This document shows, one piece after another, positions 52,401 through 64,000 of a DNA stretch of 64,000 bases; the stretch's first letter is position 1; every line of letters begins with the position of its first letter. The DNA is taken from positions 9,227 through 73,226 of the forward strand of contig CBFFRP010000014.1 of the NCBI GenBank assembly GCA_965644295.1. The letters are read 5' to 3'. The DNA is from Paraphysomonas bandaiensis (lineage: Eukaryota > Protista > Chrysophyceae). A model generated the notes under the pieces. The model was not told the DNA's origin and did no database searches. It saw nothing but the letters and a program-made list of their open reading frames with translations. Both the position numbers and the translations under genes were made by a program.

Positions 52401-55096
52401 TCGCCAACCCATCTCCCTCGAACAAAAACTTCATACCACCGTCTCTCACCAAGTAAGATTGACTCATTCCTTCTTCCATGTTCTTTAAATGATCAGATGA
52501 TAATAAAGTAGTATGCTGTTTGTGTGACAAAGTTCCAACTTTCAGAGATGTTGCGATCTCCTTAGTGCCCGCAATGGCCTCACGCAGTGACGACTGGACC
52601 TCTTCTCGCATTTTCCTAGCATTCTGGAGCATAGCACTGCCAATACCTCCCTCAAAGTCTGCACTACTTGTATCGTGACTAAACTTGCCAGTTGCCCATT
52701 TTTCAAACGCAGAGGCCAGGAACCGGCGGACACATGTCGCAAAGGCATGCCTAACGTTTCTTTTTAGCTGCCTGCGGTCAAAAACATTTCTAACCAATTT
52801 GTCAAAGTGGCCTCGCAGAAGGGCGTAGCGAGACGAGCCCCCAACCAAGTTAGACATAATACGCTGCTGTTTCTCATACTCGGTCACAAACTGCTTCATC
52901 TTTGCCTCTCGGTCCTGTTTGTCGTTTTTCCGTTCGACCAGTAATTCTGCAATTCGCTTTTTCCGTTTTTCACCATTAATTATGGAGAGCTTTGCATTCG
53001 CTATTTCAGACAAGCACTCATCCCACGCTTTGTTCAGAGCTATCTTGAATGGAGTAACCAGGTACGTCATAGTTACTCCTTGTAAGACATCGGAAGTAAT
53101 TTGGTCGCCTTCATAATCAACAACTCGGTCTTTTTCATGCTGCAGATCCATTAACCTAGCTTGTCTGTCCTTTAGCAGCGTTGTATTATTGACTCTGTCC
53201 ACTTCAATCTGCATTTTTTCCTTTTCAAGACTCTGCAGTTCGTTATCGAGTGCAATCAACTTTAGCTTAAAATGCTTCTTTCGAGTTTTGTATGGAAACG
53301 TGAAATCCTTCGGCTCTTTTTTCTTTTTCTTTCGCTGTTCTGGTGCCCCAAGCTCTATATAGCCATCATCATCGTCACTGTCATCCCCACCAAGAAGTGC
53401 CTTCTCAGCAAGCTCAGCAGCTCGATTTTCTTCTGCAATTCGGTCAGTGATAGCCTTCCACTCCGCAGCTTCTTGAACCTCAAGTGGCGTTGGTTCGCGT
53501 TGTGCAAGTTCCGCATACAGCTTATTCAAGTAGTCTTTCTTATATAGTTTTTGTACAACTCCCTGTTACATAGTAAGAAGTGACGACACCAATAATTATA
53601 ATGGATATGAACTCACCGAGTAAAAATCAGAGTCAATAAATTCACCATCATGTGCCTCGACTCGATCAATCTCATGCTGTACCTCATAGTACCGCGAGCA
53701 CTCCTTCGTTACGTTGACTGGGTCACCCCATGTCACAAGTCCAGGTGGACCTCTTTTGTCATCTTTGTTAACTGCACGAATACTAATGCTGTGTACTTTC
53801 GTCGAAGTTGGGAGATTTCGAATAACAAAGCTGCCAACACAGTAGATTAGAAATATGACTGTCACGGAAAAGAGAGCGCAGAACAGCTCGAATGACTTAC
53901 TTTGTATCGCTATTTGGTGTGACCACAGTTTTGTCTTTCGAAATCATATGGGCCCGAGAAGTAGAGGTCACATGTCTCTCTACCACAACATATTTAATTT
54001 CATAGTGAGATATCTCAACTCCGCCGTCGAAAAAGGGCGGAGACCAGTCAAGGTGAATGCAGGTGGAGGTGACTTCGCTGACATGAACAAACTGTGGTGC
54101 CCATGGAAGTGTCGACGCAGCAGTAGTAATGATAGACGGCCCTCCAGTCTGCACAAGATCGGTCCATTCCCCGCAGCCCTGAAGATTAATGGCCCGTACT
54201 TGGAAGTCCGTGTAGCTGAATCCCGCAGTCAAACCCATTATTTTGAAACCAGTGTGACAGACAGGATCACGAAGGCACCAGTTGCTTGTAAAGACTCTGG
54301 GTTGGTCTACCACTTTCACAACCCGCATCTTGGTGGTTGTATCCATATATGCCATGTGTTGACTATATCGTATTTCATAGTCTGTAATTGGCAATCCGCC
54401 GTCAAAAACGGGTGGATCCCAGGCGAATTCAATAAAGCGATGTCCCTTGCGTACATATCGACAATTCCTCGGCGGTTGTGGCTTGAAAGTCGTCAGAGAC
54501 GTTTTAAGGTCTACATCTACGTCGAATACTGGTGGACGAGTATCAGTTGTTGACTTCCCTGCATTACGCTGACACGACTCCCGGTGTAAGTCAATAAGAT
54601 GTGCCAAAATCTTTCGCTTGCAAACCTCGCACTCCTTGAAGCGTGCCTCGAGTTCGACCTTATTGTTGGAAGTCAACATGTCAATCATAGAGTGCTCAAC
54701 TTCAGGTACAGCTTTAGGTTCGACCAGACTTTCTCTCATTTTCGTGATGCGCTTTTCTAGATCTGTAAGGGCATCTACTCGTGATTTTCCCAACCGTGTA
54801 GTACGAGTTACATCGTTACTAAGCGTACGCAACTTGCTCTGGATTTCGAGTTGCTGCTGCGTACGCACCAAAGCAATCTTACTATCCTCCATTTTGTCCA
54901 TGATCTCAACAACTTCCTTCCCATGTTTGTTTCTTTCTTGTCGATTCAAATCCTTAAAGTGAACAAGGGTCTTGTCATCCACCCCTCCCCTCGCTATTGC
55001 CTCCTCCAATCGGCGACCAGCATATCGCTTTCTGAGCTCAATAGATCGCGGGTGAAGGTCTTCATCACTTGTATCGAGACTGTAACTCGTTAACAT
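49437..55096 (-). CDS. About 1828-aa multidomain protein: C2HC finger, FN3 x2, coiled coil, TPR, WD40 propeller, LysM
   Basis: Exons 55096-53901, 53830-53617, 53562-50739 and 50689-49437 splice in frame. Motifs include CEVCKRKILAHLIDLHRESC, WDPPVFDGGLPITDYEI, TPR repeats, GH...SGSADETIMVWD repeats and YHSMDKGDTLPGIARLYDIDMQTLMKWNGI (LysM). Confidence 0.88.
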
Positions 55097-56107
55097 TTTA
55101 CCACAATAAAAAATTCAATCAAAAACACATCCGGCAGGCCGCATATTCTCCTCTGCTTCTGCTTGCATGAACATCAACATGACTCGTATGGCTTATCGAT
55201 ACAAATAGAGTCATAGAACTCTTATTCAAACATACATCTTGACCAACAGGTGACAGTGATATCACGTCCTCGACTAGTATATCAACGTAGCAGTTTAACA
55301 CTGAAAGAACCTCATCTCAAACTGCTGCAATTCGATTCAATATACAGTACCAACACACCAAGAAACGGTACAGTAGTTTGCAGTACACTGTATATGAATA
55401 CAACCTACAGCAGGTACAGTGTATGTGTATACTCTGTAGGTAGACGTATATAGAAGTCGGTCGGTAGTATGCGGTATATTTATGTGTAGGCACATGTATG
55501 TGTGTATGTGTGTGTGTGGGTGATGCAAGTACAGCAGTACGGAGTGGGTGTGGTGTGTTCGTATGATGCGGTGTGGTGTGTGCTGGTGTGTGCTGGTGTG
55601 TGTGTGATATTTCGGCTATTGAAGCTGTTGAATGTGAGCTGGCACTATCTCTCATCTATATTTGCAACATACCATTCGGACGATGAACTTTATATGGAGC
55701 TATGAATACTCTACAGTGACGAGGTTGTACCGGTAGCTTATAGCGGTGCAGTGGTATGGCTGTGGTAGACACGAGATGTCTAGAGATATGGGTGCAGGCA
55801 GGAATACCTGACCAGGGAGAGCTCGTATTCAATGTACACGTTAGAAACGCTAGTTCCGTTGAGTGGGAGGTAGGACATCTCTGTATTACCTGTGCTCTAT
55901 GATAATACTTGTATATCGGCATCTGTATAATGCATCTGGCAGGTCTCTTATCGACTGTCTCAATTCGGAGCTCTTGATGTTGAGATCAATAAACGGACTG
56001 ATGCCCTACGCGATGTCGCATTTCCAATTATTCGTAAGGAAACTAGTGCAGCGATATCTTCACCGGGGAAGTCCAAGAGTAGTAGGAAGGAGTTAGAGCA
56101 TTGCCGA

Positions 56108-57843
56108 ATGTCACTTGAACTATGGGTCTTTCACGTAGTCACACGTATTGATGTCGTCCCCAACGACCTGAAAGATATTATTGAGGGTTTTTTCTGTCTT
56201 CCGAATGGTCCTGACAATGATGATGATGCTAGTGTTCATAGTGCCCCCGCGGATGGAGGAAGTGTAAATACCTCCACCCATGGAGGATTGGCTGATCTGT
56301 CTTCACTGAAGGTGTCTAGCAGCAGGAGTCTTCCTGCTGATGCCGATGAGACGGCTTCAATTGATTCAGAGTATACCACTGGGTCATTAGACGAAAATGG
56401 TGTACCAAAAAAGAAAAAGAGAAAGCGTATCATTAAAGGCGCCAAACGCCGACTGAGTAACCTTATCGGAGGGGGTAAAAAGAAAGAATCAGCCGGAGGT
56501 GTTGTCGCTAGGACTGTGGACGCATCTGTTTCCTCTCGTCCGAAGGATCGTGGTAGTGTTATCTCTGCATCCTCTGTTGAAACTTGCAATGTACTGTCTG
56601 ATAATAGTAGACCTATCCAAAGAGTTCAGCCTTGTAAACTTCTTAAAATACGCGTTATACGGGGGGGCGAGCGTAGTCGGGGTCACCCAGAGTATGAGGT
56701 GCGAAGAAATCTAATTTATTAATGCTGTAGAAGTTGTATTTATCGTAGTGTGTGCCTGTATCTATCTTGACATGCGAATCCAACCGTTTTATAATTGTAG
56801 ATTCAATTGGTTTTTAATATTGAGAAGCGTCCGTACACTGCTGCTCATATATTCTCCGATTTTTATGAGCTGAAAACCGACATTGAGTCGGCCAATGGAG
56901 TTGGTGTGGGTGCACCCTTCCCTACGGTCCACGCGAAATCTTCTCTGGGTGTGAGTTTAACTGAAGACCAACACGCTGAAAGGTTAGCTCAGGGATTAAT
57001 TTTATGATGCAAGGCTCTGGTGTGGTGTATGTGTGAATATGCTGACTTTACGTATACCCGCACATCAATCTTGGTAGTCGTTTTTTTAATTTAGTTAATA
57101 GGACCCGTATGTTGGATACTTGGGTGAAGGATATGATAAGCTCATACCAGTATATGAACGAAAAGGAGCGCATGCATGTCCGTGCTTTCTTGAACCTAGA
57201 CCTCAGTCTTCAGAAAGATATCTACCTCCAGGATAAAATGGCTAGTGGAATGGTGGAGGCACCGAGAGCAGCACTAGGGTCATCATCTCCCAATCTTGAT
57301 GTGAAAGTTATAGCGCACACGTCATCGCGAATATCGGACTCCGGCACTTCTCGTATAAGTGGACGGCAACCCTCATTTGTTTCTTCCCGAGATGATGGGA
57401 CATCATCAGTACTTTCTAGTGGATCACCAACTGGTATACTTTCCCCGGTTAGGTCTGATCATAAACGGAGCCCTGCTGAAAGAAGAGCCAAATATACTGT
57501 CAAAATCGCGTCTAGTGGGTGTCTCAGCTCAGACCAAGCTATATCTCCGAATTTAAAACGTAAACTGGACTTCAAGGATAGTGATAGTACTGGATGTAAT
57601 GGCAAAAGTTCTGAGGATGCTGTTAATGGTATTGGAAAAGCAACTGACAAAAAGCTGATGAAAGGCCCTGACGGTGATACTCGCATTGGGGGAAATCGAA
57701 TGTCCAGTCTGGGTAACATTGCTGAGGAGCAATCAAGTTGCCACGACGCCGCCACACGCGACGATAAAATTCTTTTGAAAATTGGAGGGAGAGATTCCAA
57801 ACCTAACAAGAAGAAGATGTCGTCCTGTTGTGTATTGATGTAG
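56108..57843 (+). CDS. PX-domain-like protein with C-terminal CaaX box
   Basis: Three exons (introns about 56699-56800 and 56982-57101) give HPEYEIQLVF...FSDFYELK...APFP...AERTRMLDTWV, which is PX-like. Ends KKKMSSCCVLM. Confidence 0.75.
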
Positions 57844-58271
57844 GACGATAATGCTTCATGGTACTTTAGACTGTCATTTTTATTAACCCCATTGTCAGTT
57901 GCTAAAGGTATGTTCTTTATCGCATGCATACTGCATGTAAAACTTACATAGAAAGGTTACTTGTAGTTGCGTTTTTTCGTGATTTAATTGCCAGATGAAT
58001 TATGATTAGCAAGTCATGATCCTATTTCTGTATTGACACATATATTTTTCAGTATTCTATAAAAATTATTCGTTTGTATAGCTTTCAGTGTATTCGTATA
58101 ACTTTTTTTCAATTCTTCTCAGCACTCACAAGTCGTGTTATAGTGAAACGTCTTCGTAATTCACGCAGGATGAATACGGGAAGTTTAAAATGTTTGTCAT
58201 TTGTAAGTGGTATATTCAGCATAAAACGTAAACGATTCACATAAGGGTTGGCTGTTGGGGTAGTAGTGAGT

Positions 58272-58770
58272 AGTGAATGTCTTATATTATTAGCAATAGG
58301 CAATAGGCATTTAAGAGTCAATGCATAACTCTGATATCCTACTTTTAACACTACGAAAGCTGCTTGTGCGACACCGCAAGTCGCAAGCACCAAGGTGCAA
58401 CCACTTTTGCTCTTCACTCAAAGCAAGCGTAGTGAGCAAGCAGAATGTTTATATACCTGACATGACTTCAGGATTTTTGAGTCCTTAAGATTAACAGCCC
58501 GGATACTTGACTTCTTGACTTCAGCAGGCAGCCCAATACCCGGGATGCCCTTGAGGTGGGCCTATTCCGGGATACCGTTTATTCGTCAAGACCCAAAGAC
58601 ACCTACACAAGTGACACTTATTAGTGTCCCTTGTACCTTGTACCACGCAAGCGTTTGACTGTTAGTGGGCAGAACAATATCTGCTGACTATATTTGCGAC
58701 TCACGCTAGTTTACCGGAGAAATATCTCCGGTGCGAACACCACGAAGAGGTGCGAGTCTGACTTTGTTGA
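58272..58770 (+). repeat. Longest copy of dispersed non-coding repeat family D (about 500 bp)
   Basis: Shares blocks with at least eight other loci in this window and has a common terminus (g)tgaatgtc..ttatt..tagcaatagg. Confidence 0.8.
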
Positions 58771-59004
58771 AAAGGCTGTTGTTTTCTTTTGTAGTAAGTA
58801 ATAGAATTGGGCATGACACTAAAGTTAACCTTGCTCTACACGAAAACCTTAACCTTGCTTTTTGTTGCACACAACGTACTTTTTTCAAGAAAAAATTATA
58901 ATTATAAACCTCAACACTTCACAATTCATATTCATGTACATCTGTTCTCAGTATCACCTGTTTACTGCTGTTTTTCATGTATTCACCGCCAAACGATTCT
59001 ATTA

Positions 59005-60273
59005 AAAGTTTTATTATTTAGCTATAGGCGTTAAAAACCTGCGCCAATGATGATGTAGGGGCTAGTTGAATATTAGACATACTATTTAGACCTCTACCCA
59101 TACTAATCAGCACAAATTCTATTATCCTACTATTTAGCGCTACAGAAGCTGCTTGTGCGTCACCACAAGCACCAAGGTGCGACCACTTCCGTTCTTAATG
59201 TTGAGTTTCGCCATGATCGTGTGTCCTAGGACTCACTGGCGCGTGTTAGCAGGGGGTCTCCCCTTAGGATGCGATTCCACCAGGCTCTGAGGTACAGGGT
59301 TCTGTATTAAGGTCCTGAGCGTACCGAGTGATAGATGTGTGTGCTGAGAGGTGGGTGGCGTGGTGGAATGTGGCGTTGTCTCAGTGCACCGTTTGGGCCT
59401 TAGGCATAGGTGGAATTGCCGGAGACGGCGTCGTTGTCGAGTGCCTGAAGGTTTCATGTTCCTGTGTGTATGAGTGGTGGGGTTCGTGTGTGCGGTGTGC
59501 GGTGGTCCAGTCTCGGATCGCCTGCGGACACCTAGTACTCGTAGCACCCTTGGGCGTTTCCATTGCTGTCTACGTTTTTGACGCGGTCGCGGGAGTAGCC
59601 TGGGTCCTTTGTGTCGGGTAATATATCGTCGACTTCGATCTTGGATTATGAGCATTGCTGCAGCAAAGAGCGGGAGAAGCAGGCTGATGACCGCTGATTC
59701 AAGGTTGCGCAGCCATTGAGGTGTCAGGGACTCATGAATGTGATTTCCAAAATCCATCTCGAGCTGTGCAGTGGTGATGGTGCCTGTCCAGAATCTATAT
59801 CATATATTGAATGTCTTTTTATTTAGCAATAGGCGTTAAAAACTCGTTCCGATATAGTGGCTAGTTGAATGCTAGATCTACTAGTTAGACCTCTACTCAT
59901 AACTAATCAGCACAAATTCTATTATCCTACTATTTAACGCTACAGAAGCTGCTTGTGCGTCGCCGCAAGCACCAAGGTGCAACCACTTCCGTGATCTATA
60001 TCATATATATATTCGTAACTGAATTTACTTCCTTTTTGTAACTATATTCATCATATATTCACACTTTCAACCCCTATGAGAGGTTACTTCACAATTAACT
60101 CGCTTCATATGCACAATACAGTAGTGAATGTCTGATTATTTAGCAATAGGCGTTGAGACCTTGCAGCAATTAGTGGCTAGAAGAATGCTAGTCATACTAG
60201 TTAGACCACTACCCGTAACTAATCAATACAAACTCTTTTATCCTACTATTTAACGCTACGAAAGCTGCTTGTG
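59005..60273 (+). repeat. Tandem partial copies of the repeat-D end (59005-59192, 59807-59992, 60122-60273)
   Basis: Repeated actaatcagcacaaattctattatcctactattta.cgctacagaagctgcttgtg. Confidence 0.85.
59193..59792 (-). mobile_element. LINE 3' fragment related to 31030-32015
   Basis: FWTGTITTAQLEMDFGNHI...LESAVISLLLPLF aligns with YWTGHITATQLTDAFGRHI...LEKSVTSILLPLY. Both end near PKGRPP. Confidence 0.75.
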
Positions 60274-62072
60274 TACTACCTACATACGTCGTCCTTTTCC
60301 TATTACATAATAGCGTCATAAATAACCCATTTACACACTGTTAAGAATTGTACTGCGCATTGTAGTAGCCGTTAAGATGCTAATGTAAAAGGTACTACAA
60401 TGCATAATAGAGTACAAAGCGTATATTGTGGTTGAAACTTACATAGAGTAATGATGTATATTTACCGTATAAGAGTCAATGGATAAGAACATATGGATCA
60501 TAACTGAAAGTGGTGTCAGTTCAAGATATAGAAAATATGTATGGTTTGACATGTGGTGATTCGTCATGTCAAGAATATATAAGTGATATTGCAATCTGTT
60601 AATAATTTGTAATTGTATGTTGAATCAGTAGATAAAGTCTAAACAATCTCAAAATATGGCATGAGAGCGAGTGATAGTTCTCACAAATATGACATAGGGA
60701 TTCCCTGTATTCGATAAGTTCGGAGTAACCAATTGTACTAATTACATGACGTTATAGTTACTAACGAGGAAAATTTTAAATTAACTGAATTTTAAATAAG
60801 AAAAAATATGAGTGCCAATAAAATGGTGTGTATGTTTACTGTGTGCTATTCATAGAACATAGTGACTTTATGTGTGGTATATGATGTGTATATTCTGTGC
60901 TTTCTATGATATGTATGTGTACACTGTGCGTTTCAGTACAATTCACATGGACTGTATAAATGTTATATATATGACGCGTATATGTTCACTCTATATGGGC
61001 TTCGTACAGTACATAGAGGCTCTGCATGTTTTTGATGATGTGTATGGTCTCTGTGCGCTTCATACATGACACATGAACTGTATTTGTGGTGTGTATAAGT
61101 GTATAATATCTGTGGTGTTACTCGTGATGCTTCATTGTATATACGTATATATACTTTTAGTATGTTATCTCTCTGTATTCTTTTAATACGGGCATATTAT
61201 ATGCGCTGTTGAGTAAGCGTTTTAGTATCATGTATGGCTGTATGGTTGCTCCCGTGATATACAATTTACTACACTTGTATATAAGGCACTGCTACTAATC
61301 TCATACAATTCCATTCCATATTGAAACAAGATCATATCACTTATGGTGCTTATTTATATTTCAACTGAAGAATTCAATGTACTCCTGTAGGCAACTTTAC
61401 TCTAATTGTAGCATTGTTTCATTCAATAACTACCTACAGCTACATCATCTTGGTCAGATAGTACTACAAAAGCAGGCTATATTCAACAGAAATACAGTAC
61501 TAGTTACTTAGTTGTTTTAATGATAGAATTGTCAACTGTGTCATTCAAGACACAGAGATGATCATTCCTTGTATCATACTCCTATGCCCGGCATCCTTTG
61601 TTTATTTTTTGTTCAGAGATGCCTCCAATATTGTGTCACGCATACCTGTAGTTACTGTTATACGTGGAGTTATACGGTGTTATACTGCGGTACTCTAGGT
61701 AGCATGCTGTTGTACTTTCATTTTCAGTTTATTTAGTATACATTGCGGTTACTGTATTCTTGAAGGGATATAAGTCCCGTATATGTACAAGTATGATACT
61801 GTAAACTGTAGATGATTCACAGCAAGATAGAGTGTTGTATGATTTCACTTTCTTTCTTTACACGTTTTAACGTAATTTAATTCATTCTATACTCGCGGTT
61901 TGCTTGTGTTAGGAGGCAGTTTCACCGGTTTGGTGTTCTGGACAGTGTATTCTCGGTTTGGGAAGCACTTTAAATTCATATAAAACGTTGTAAACACGGT
62001 CTTTTTCTCATCAGAAAGATTACAGTATTAATACTTTAGTCGGATAGAAAGAAACATTGTTTATTTATATTA

Positions 62073-62696
62073 TTGTCGACTATGAGTTCGGAAAAAGAGG
62101 TTTCAAAGATTATGGAGTTCCTTCAGCAGCGGTTTGCTGAACAAAATGAACAGTTTGCTGAACAAAAGCAGCGGTTTGCTGAACAACAAGAGCAGCTGAA
62201 CAAGCGTTTTGAGTCCATCGATCTTCATTTCGAAATGTTCGAACAAAGATTGCAGCAGTTGGAGTCTCGACGTTCCTCAAGACGAGCGATTCCAGTTAAT
62301 TCAGATCTACTTCAGACCAGAACCGATGAGAACTGTATTGTGCAGAATGTTGTCAATGATATGTTGGAATTTGTTGAGCAGCAGGACGTTCAGTCAGAGT
62401 CATTCGAGGCTGAGATTTTTGTTGATAATTCTCAAGTTGTTATGCAGCATGTTGCCATTGATCCTGAAATGGTAATTCCAAATTCCTTTGGAAAAGAGAC
62501 TACTGCCAATGATGCTACAGATGTAATCGAGCGCATGTCAGTCGTACCTTTTTCAGTGTTCAATTATTCGGTGTTTGAATATTCCTTGTTTATGCTGATA
62601 AAGCAAGATGCAGCTTGTTACGTTTTTCAGTTTCTTACGTTGAACAAGAGTTTGAGTTTATTGCTTTCAAATCTTGTGTTTATTGCGGAGCATTAA
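62073..62696 (+). pseudogene. Coiled-coil ORF running into decayed AT-rich sequence; possible gag/ORF1-like TE relic
   Basis: RFAEQ heptad repeats (QQRFAEQNEQFAEQKQRFAEQ). Downstream frames are stop-ridden and no diagnostic motif was found. Confidence 0.3.
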
Positions 62697-64000
62697 TTCA
62701 GTAAGTTCAATTCCAAATCCAGCAAGTGTCTTTTGTTTCAAAGTTCATCTTATTATTTTTGATGATGCAATATTTATCATGGTTTTATTCATTTTATTTT
62801 GGAATGGATTGAGGTTGTTGTGAGCCTTACCGTTGTGATGGGAGTTACAATATGGGAGTTCTGAGTTTTTGAGAAGTGTGATCCATATTCAATAATGTCT
62901 AGTTAAAATTATGCTCAATAGTCCTGTGTGATACTGACTACTACGAGAGAATAATTCGGTTTTAAGTTCAATGTATAAGAATGGGTTTCAGAGAATTTAT
63001 CAAGTTTCAATGAATGACAGTATTGTCTGAGATTGGTAAAAAGTCTGCAAAGAGTTGTTCAATATCAATGGTATGGTTTCAACATCAATGGCAAGCAATT
63101 ATTGTTATAGTTTTGCAAGGGTCATGTATGGTTTGGATAAGTTTTGCAATACTATATGATTCATATACGAAAGTTTAATTTCAGAGGAAGTAAACAGTTT
63201 TTAATGAACGCGATTGCCTCTATGTGAACAGAATGTAAATTTTGATGTTGTAATTTCAGTATGAGGAAAGTATATTTGGAGCAATATGTTTTCAGTGTGC
63301 TTTGCATTTTGTATTAAAGAGAATGAATGGAAACAGGAAGGAGTTGGAGATATTCATTGTCTTGTTGATGGTTATAAAATGGTTACTCAGTTTTTTTTGG
63401 ATCTGCAATGGGATTGAATTTGAATATATGGTATCCATAAATGCAACGAATTAACTTGTCTAAATTCATGGTTAGTTGTTGATTGAAAGTTGTTCGAAAT
63501 TGAAGTTTCTGTTACGTTGAAGTGAATATGGTTCAGTGATACAACATGTCAATGAAATTTTGAAAACTTTGTCGCTGGTATTTTTCAATTGTTCGACTGT
63601 ATTATGCATCGGGTATGAGATCGATGGTTAAGTGTCAATGATATTTGGAGGTATGGTGTTGATAATACTATTGCATGCGAAAGAATTATATATGCTAGTG
63701 ATGGTTAACTTCGAGACTAAAAATGGGAGTTATTACTTTGCGAGCTTGTTGTTATTTCAGTTGATATTTCTATTGTTGGATTCTTTTCAATGAGATTGCG
63801 TTGAGTGGATCATTCTATTGTTTACAATATTATAATGTTGTATCTGAGGGAAATCGTTACGTATGGTTACTGAAATATAAGACCAGTGCACTATGTTCGT
63901 ATATATTCAGAATGAGATGAATGATGTTTTGATTGGGGTGGTTATTGATTGGTCCGTCCGGTGATATTTTCATTAATCAAATATTGTTTCGTTCTAAAAT

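Noticed and set aside
61560-64000. LTR retrotransposon
   Set aside because: No paired LTR, PBS, protease, RT or integrase motif found within the window.

Overview
Eukaryotic protist genomic DNA with short (about 50-65 nt) GT-AG introns. The TE content and gene style suggest a SAR lineage, probably a stramenopile; this is inference and cannot be proven from the window. There are ten host genes: the 3' part of an HscB co-chaperone, a 2.7-kaa TPR/coiled-coil protein, an AGC-like kinase, a giant ARM-WW-PH protein resembling the apicomplexan glideosome-associated connector (GAC), a dual-specificity phosphatase, a PEPEPVV-repeat/C2 protein, a PH-containing formin, a PH-only protein, an FN3-TPR-WD40-LysM protein and a PX/CaaX protein. 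Eight of them form four head-to-head pairs separated by TE-rich islands. Two items stand out. (1) A young 3,475-bp IS630/Tc1-type (DD34E) transposon at 26866-30340 has perfect 198-bp TIRs and TA duplications. It carries two convergent genes that each start at the inner edge of a TIR (a MuDR-like layout): the transposase, and an unknown intron-containing cargo protein of about 540 aa with an MBD-like motif and a P/Y/Q-rich tail. (2) An apparent full-length GAC homolog with a WW domain occurs in a genome that does not look apicomplexan. The transposon sits in a nested TE stack (GTCGA-ended TIR elements, a satellite, and a 5'-truncated LINE with a 15-bp TSD). hAT relics and a dispersed repeat of about 500 bp fill the other islands. 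All family assignments were made by eye; no database searches were run.
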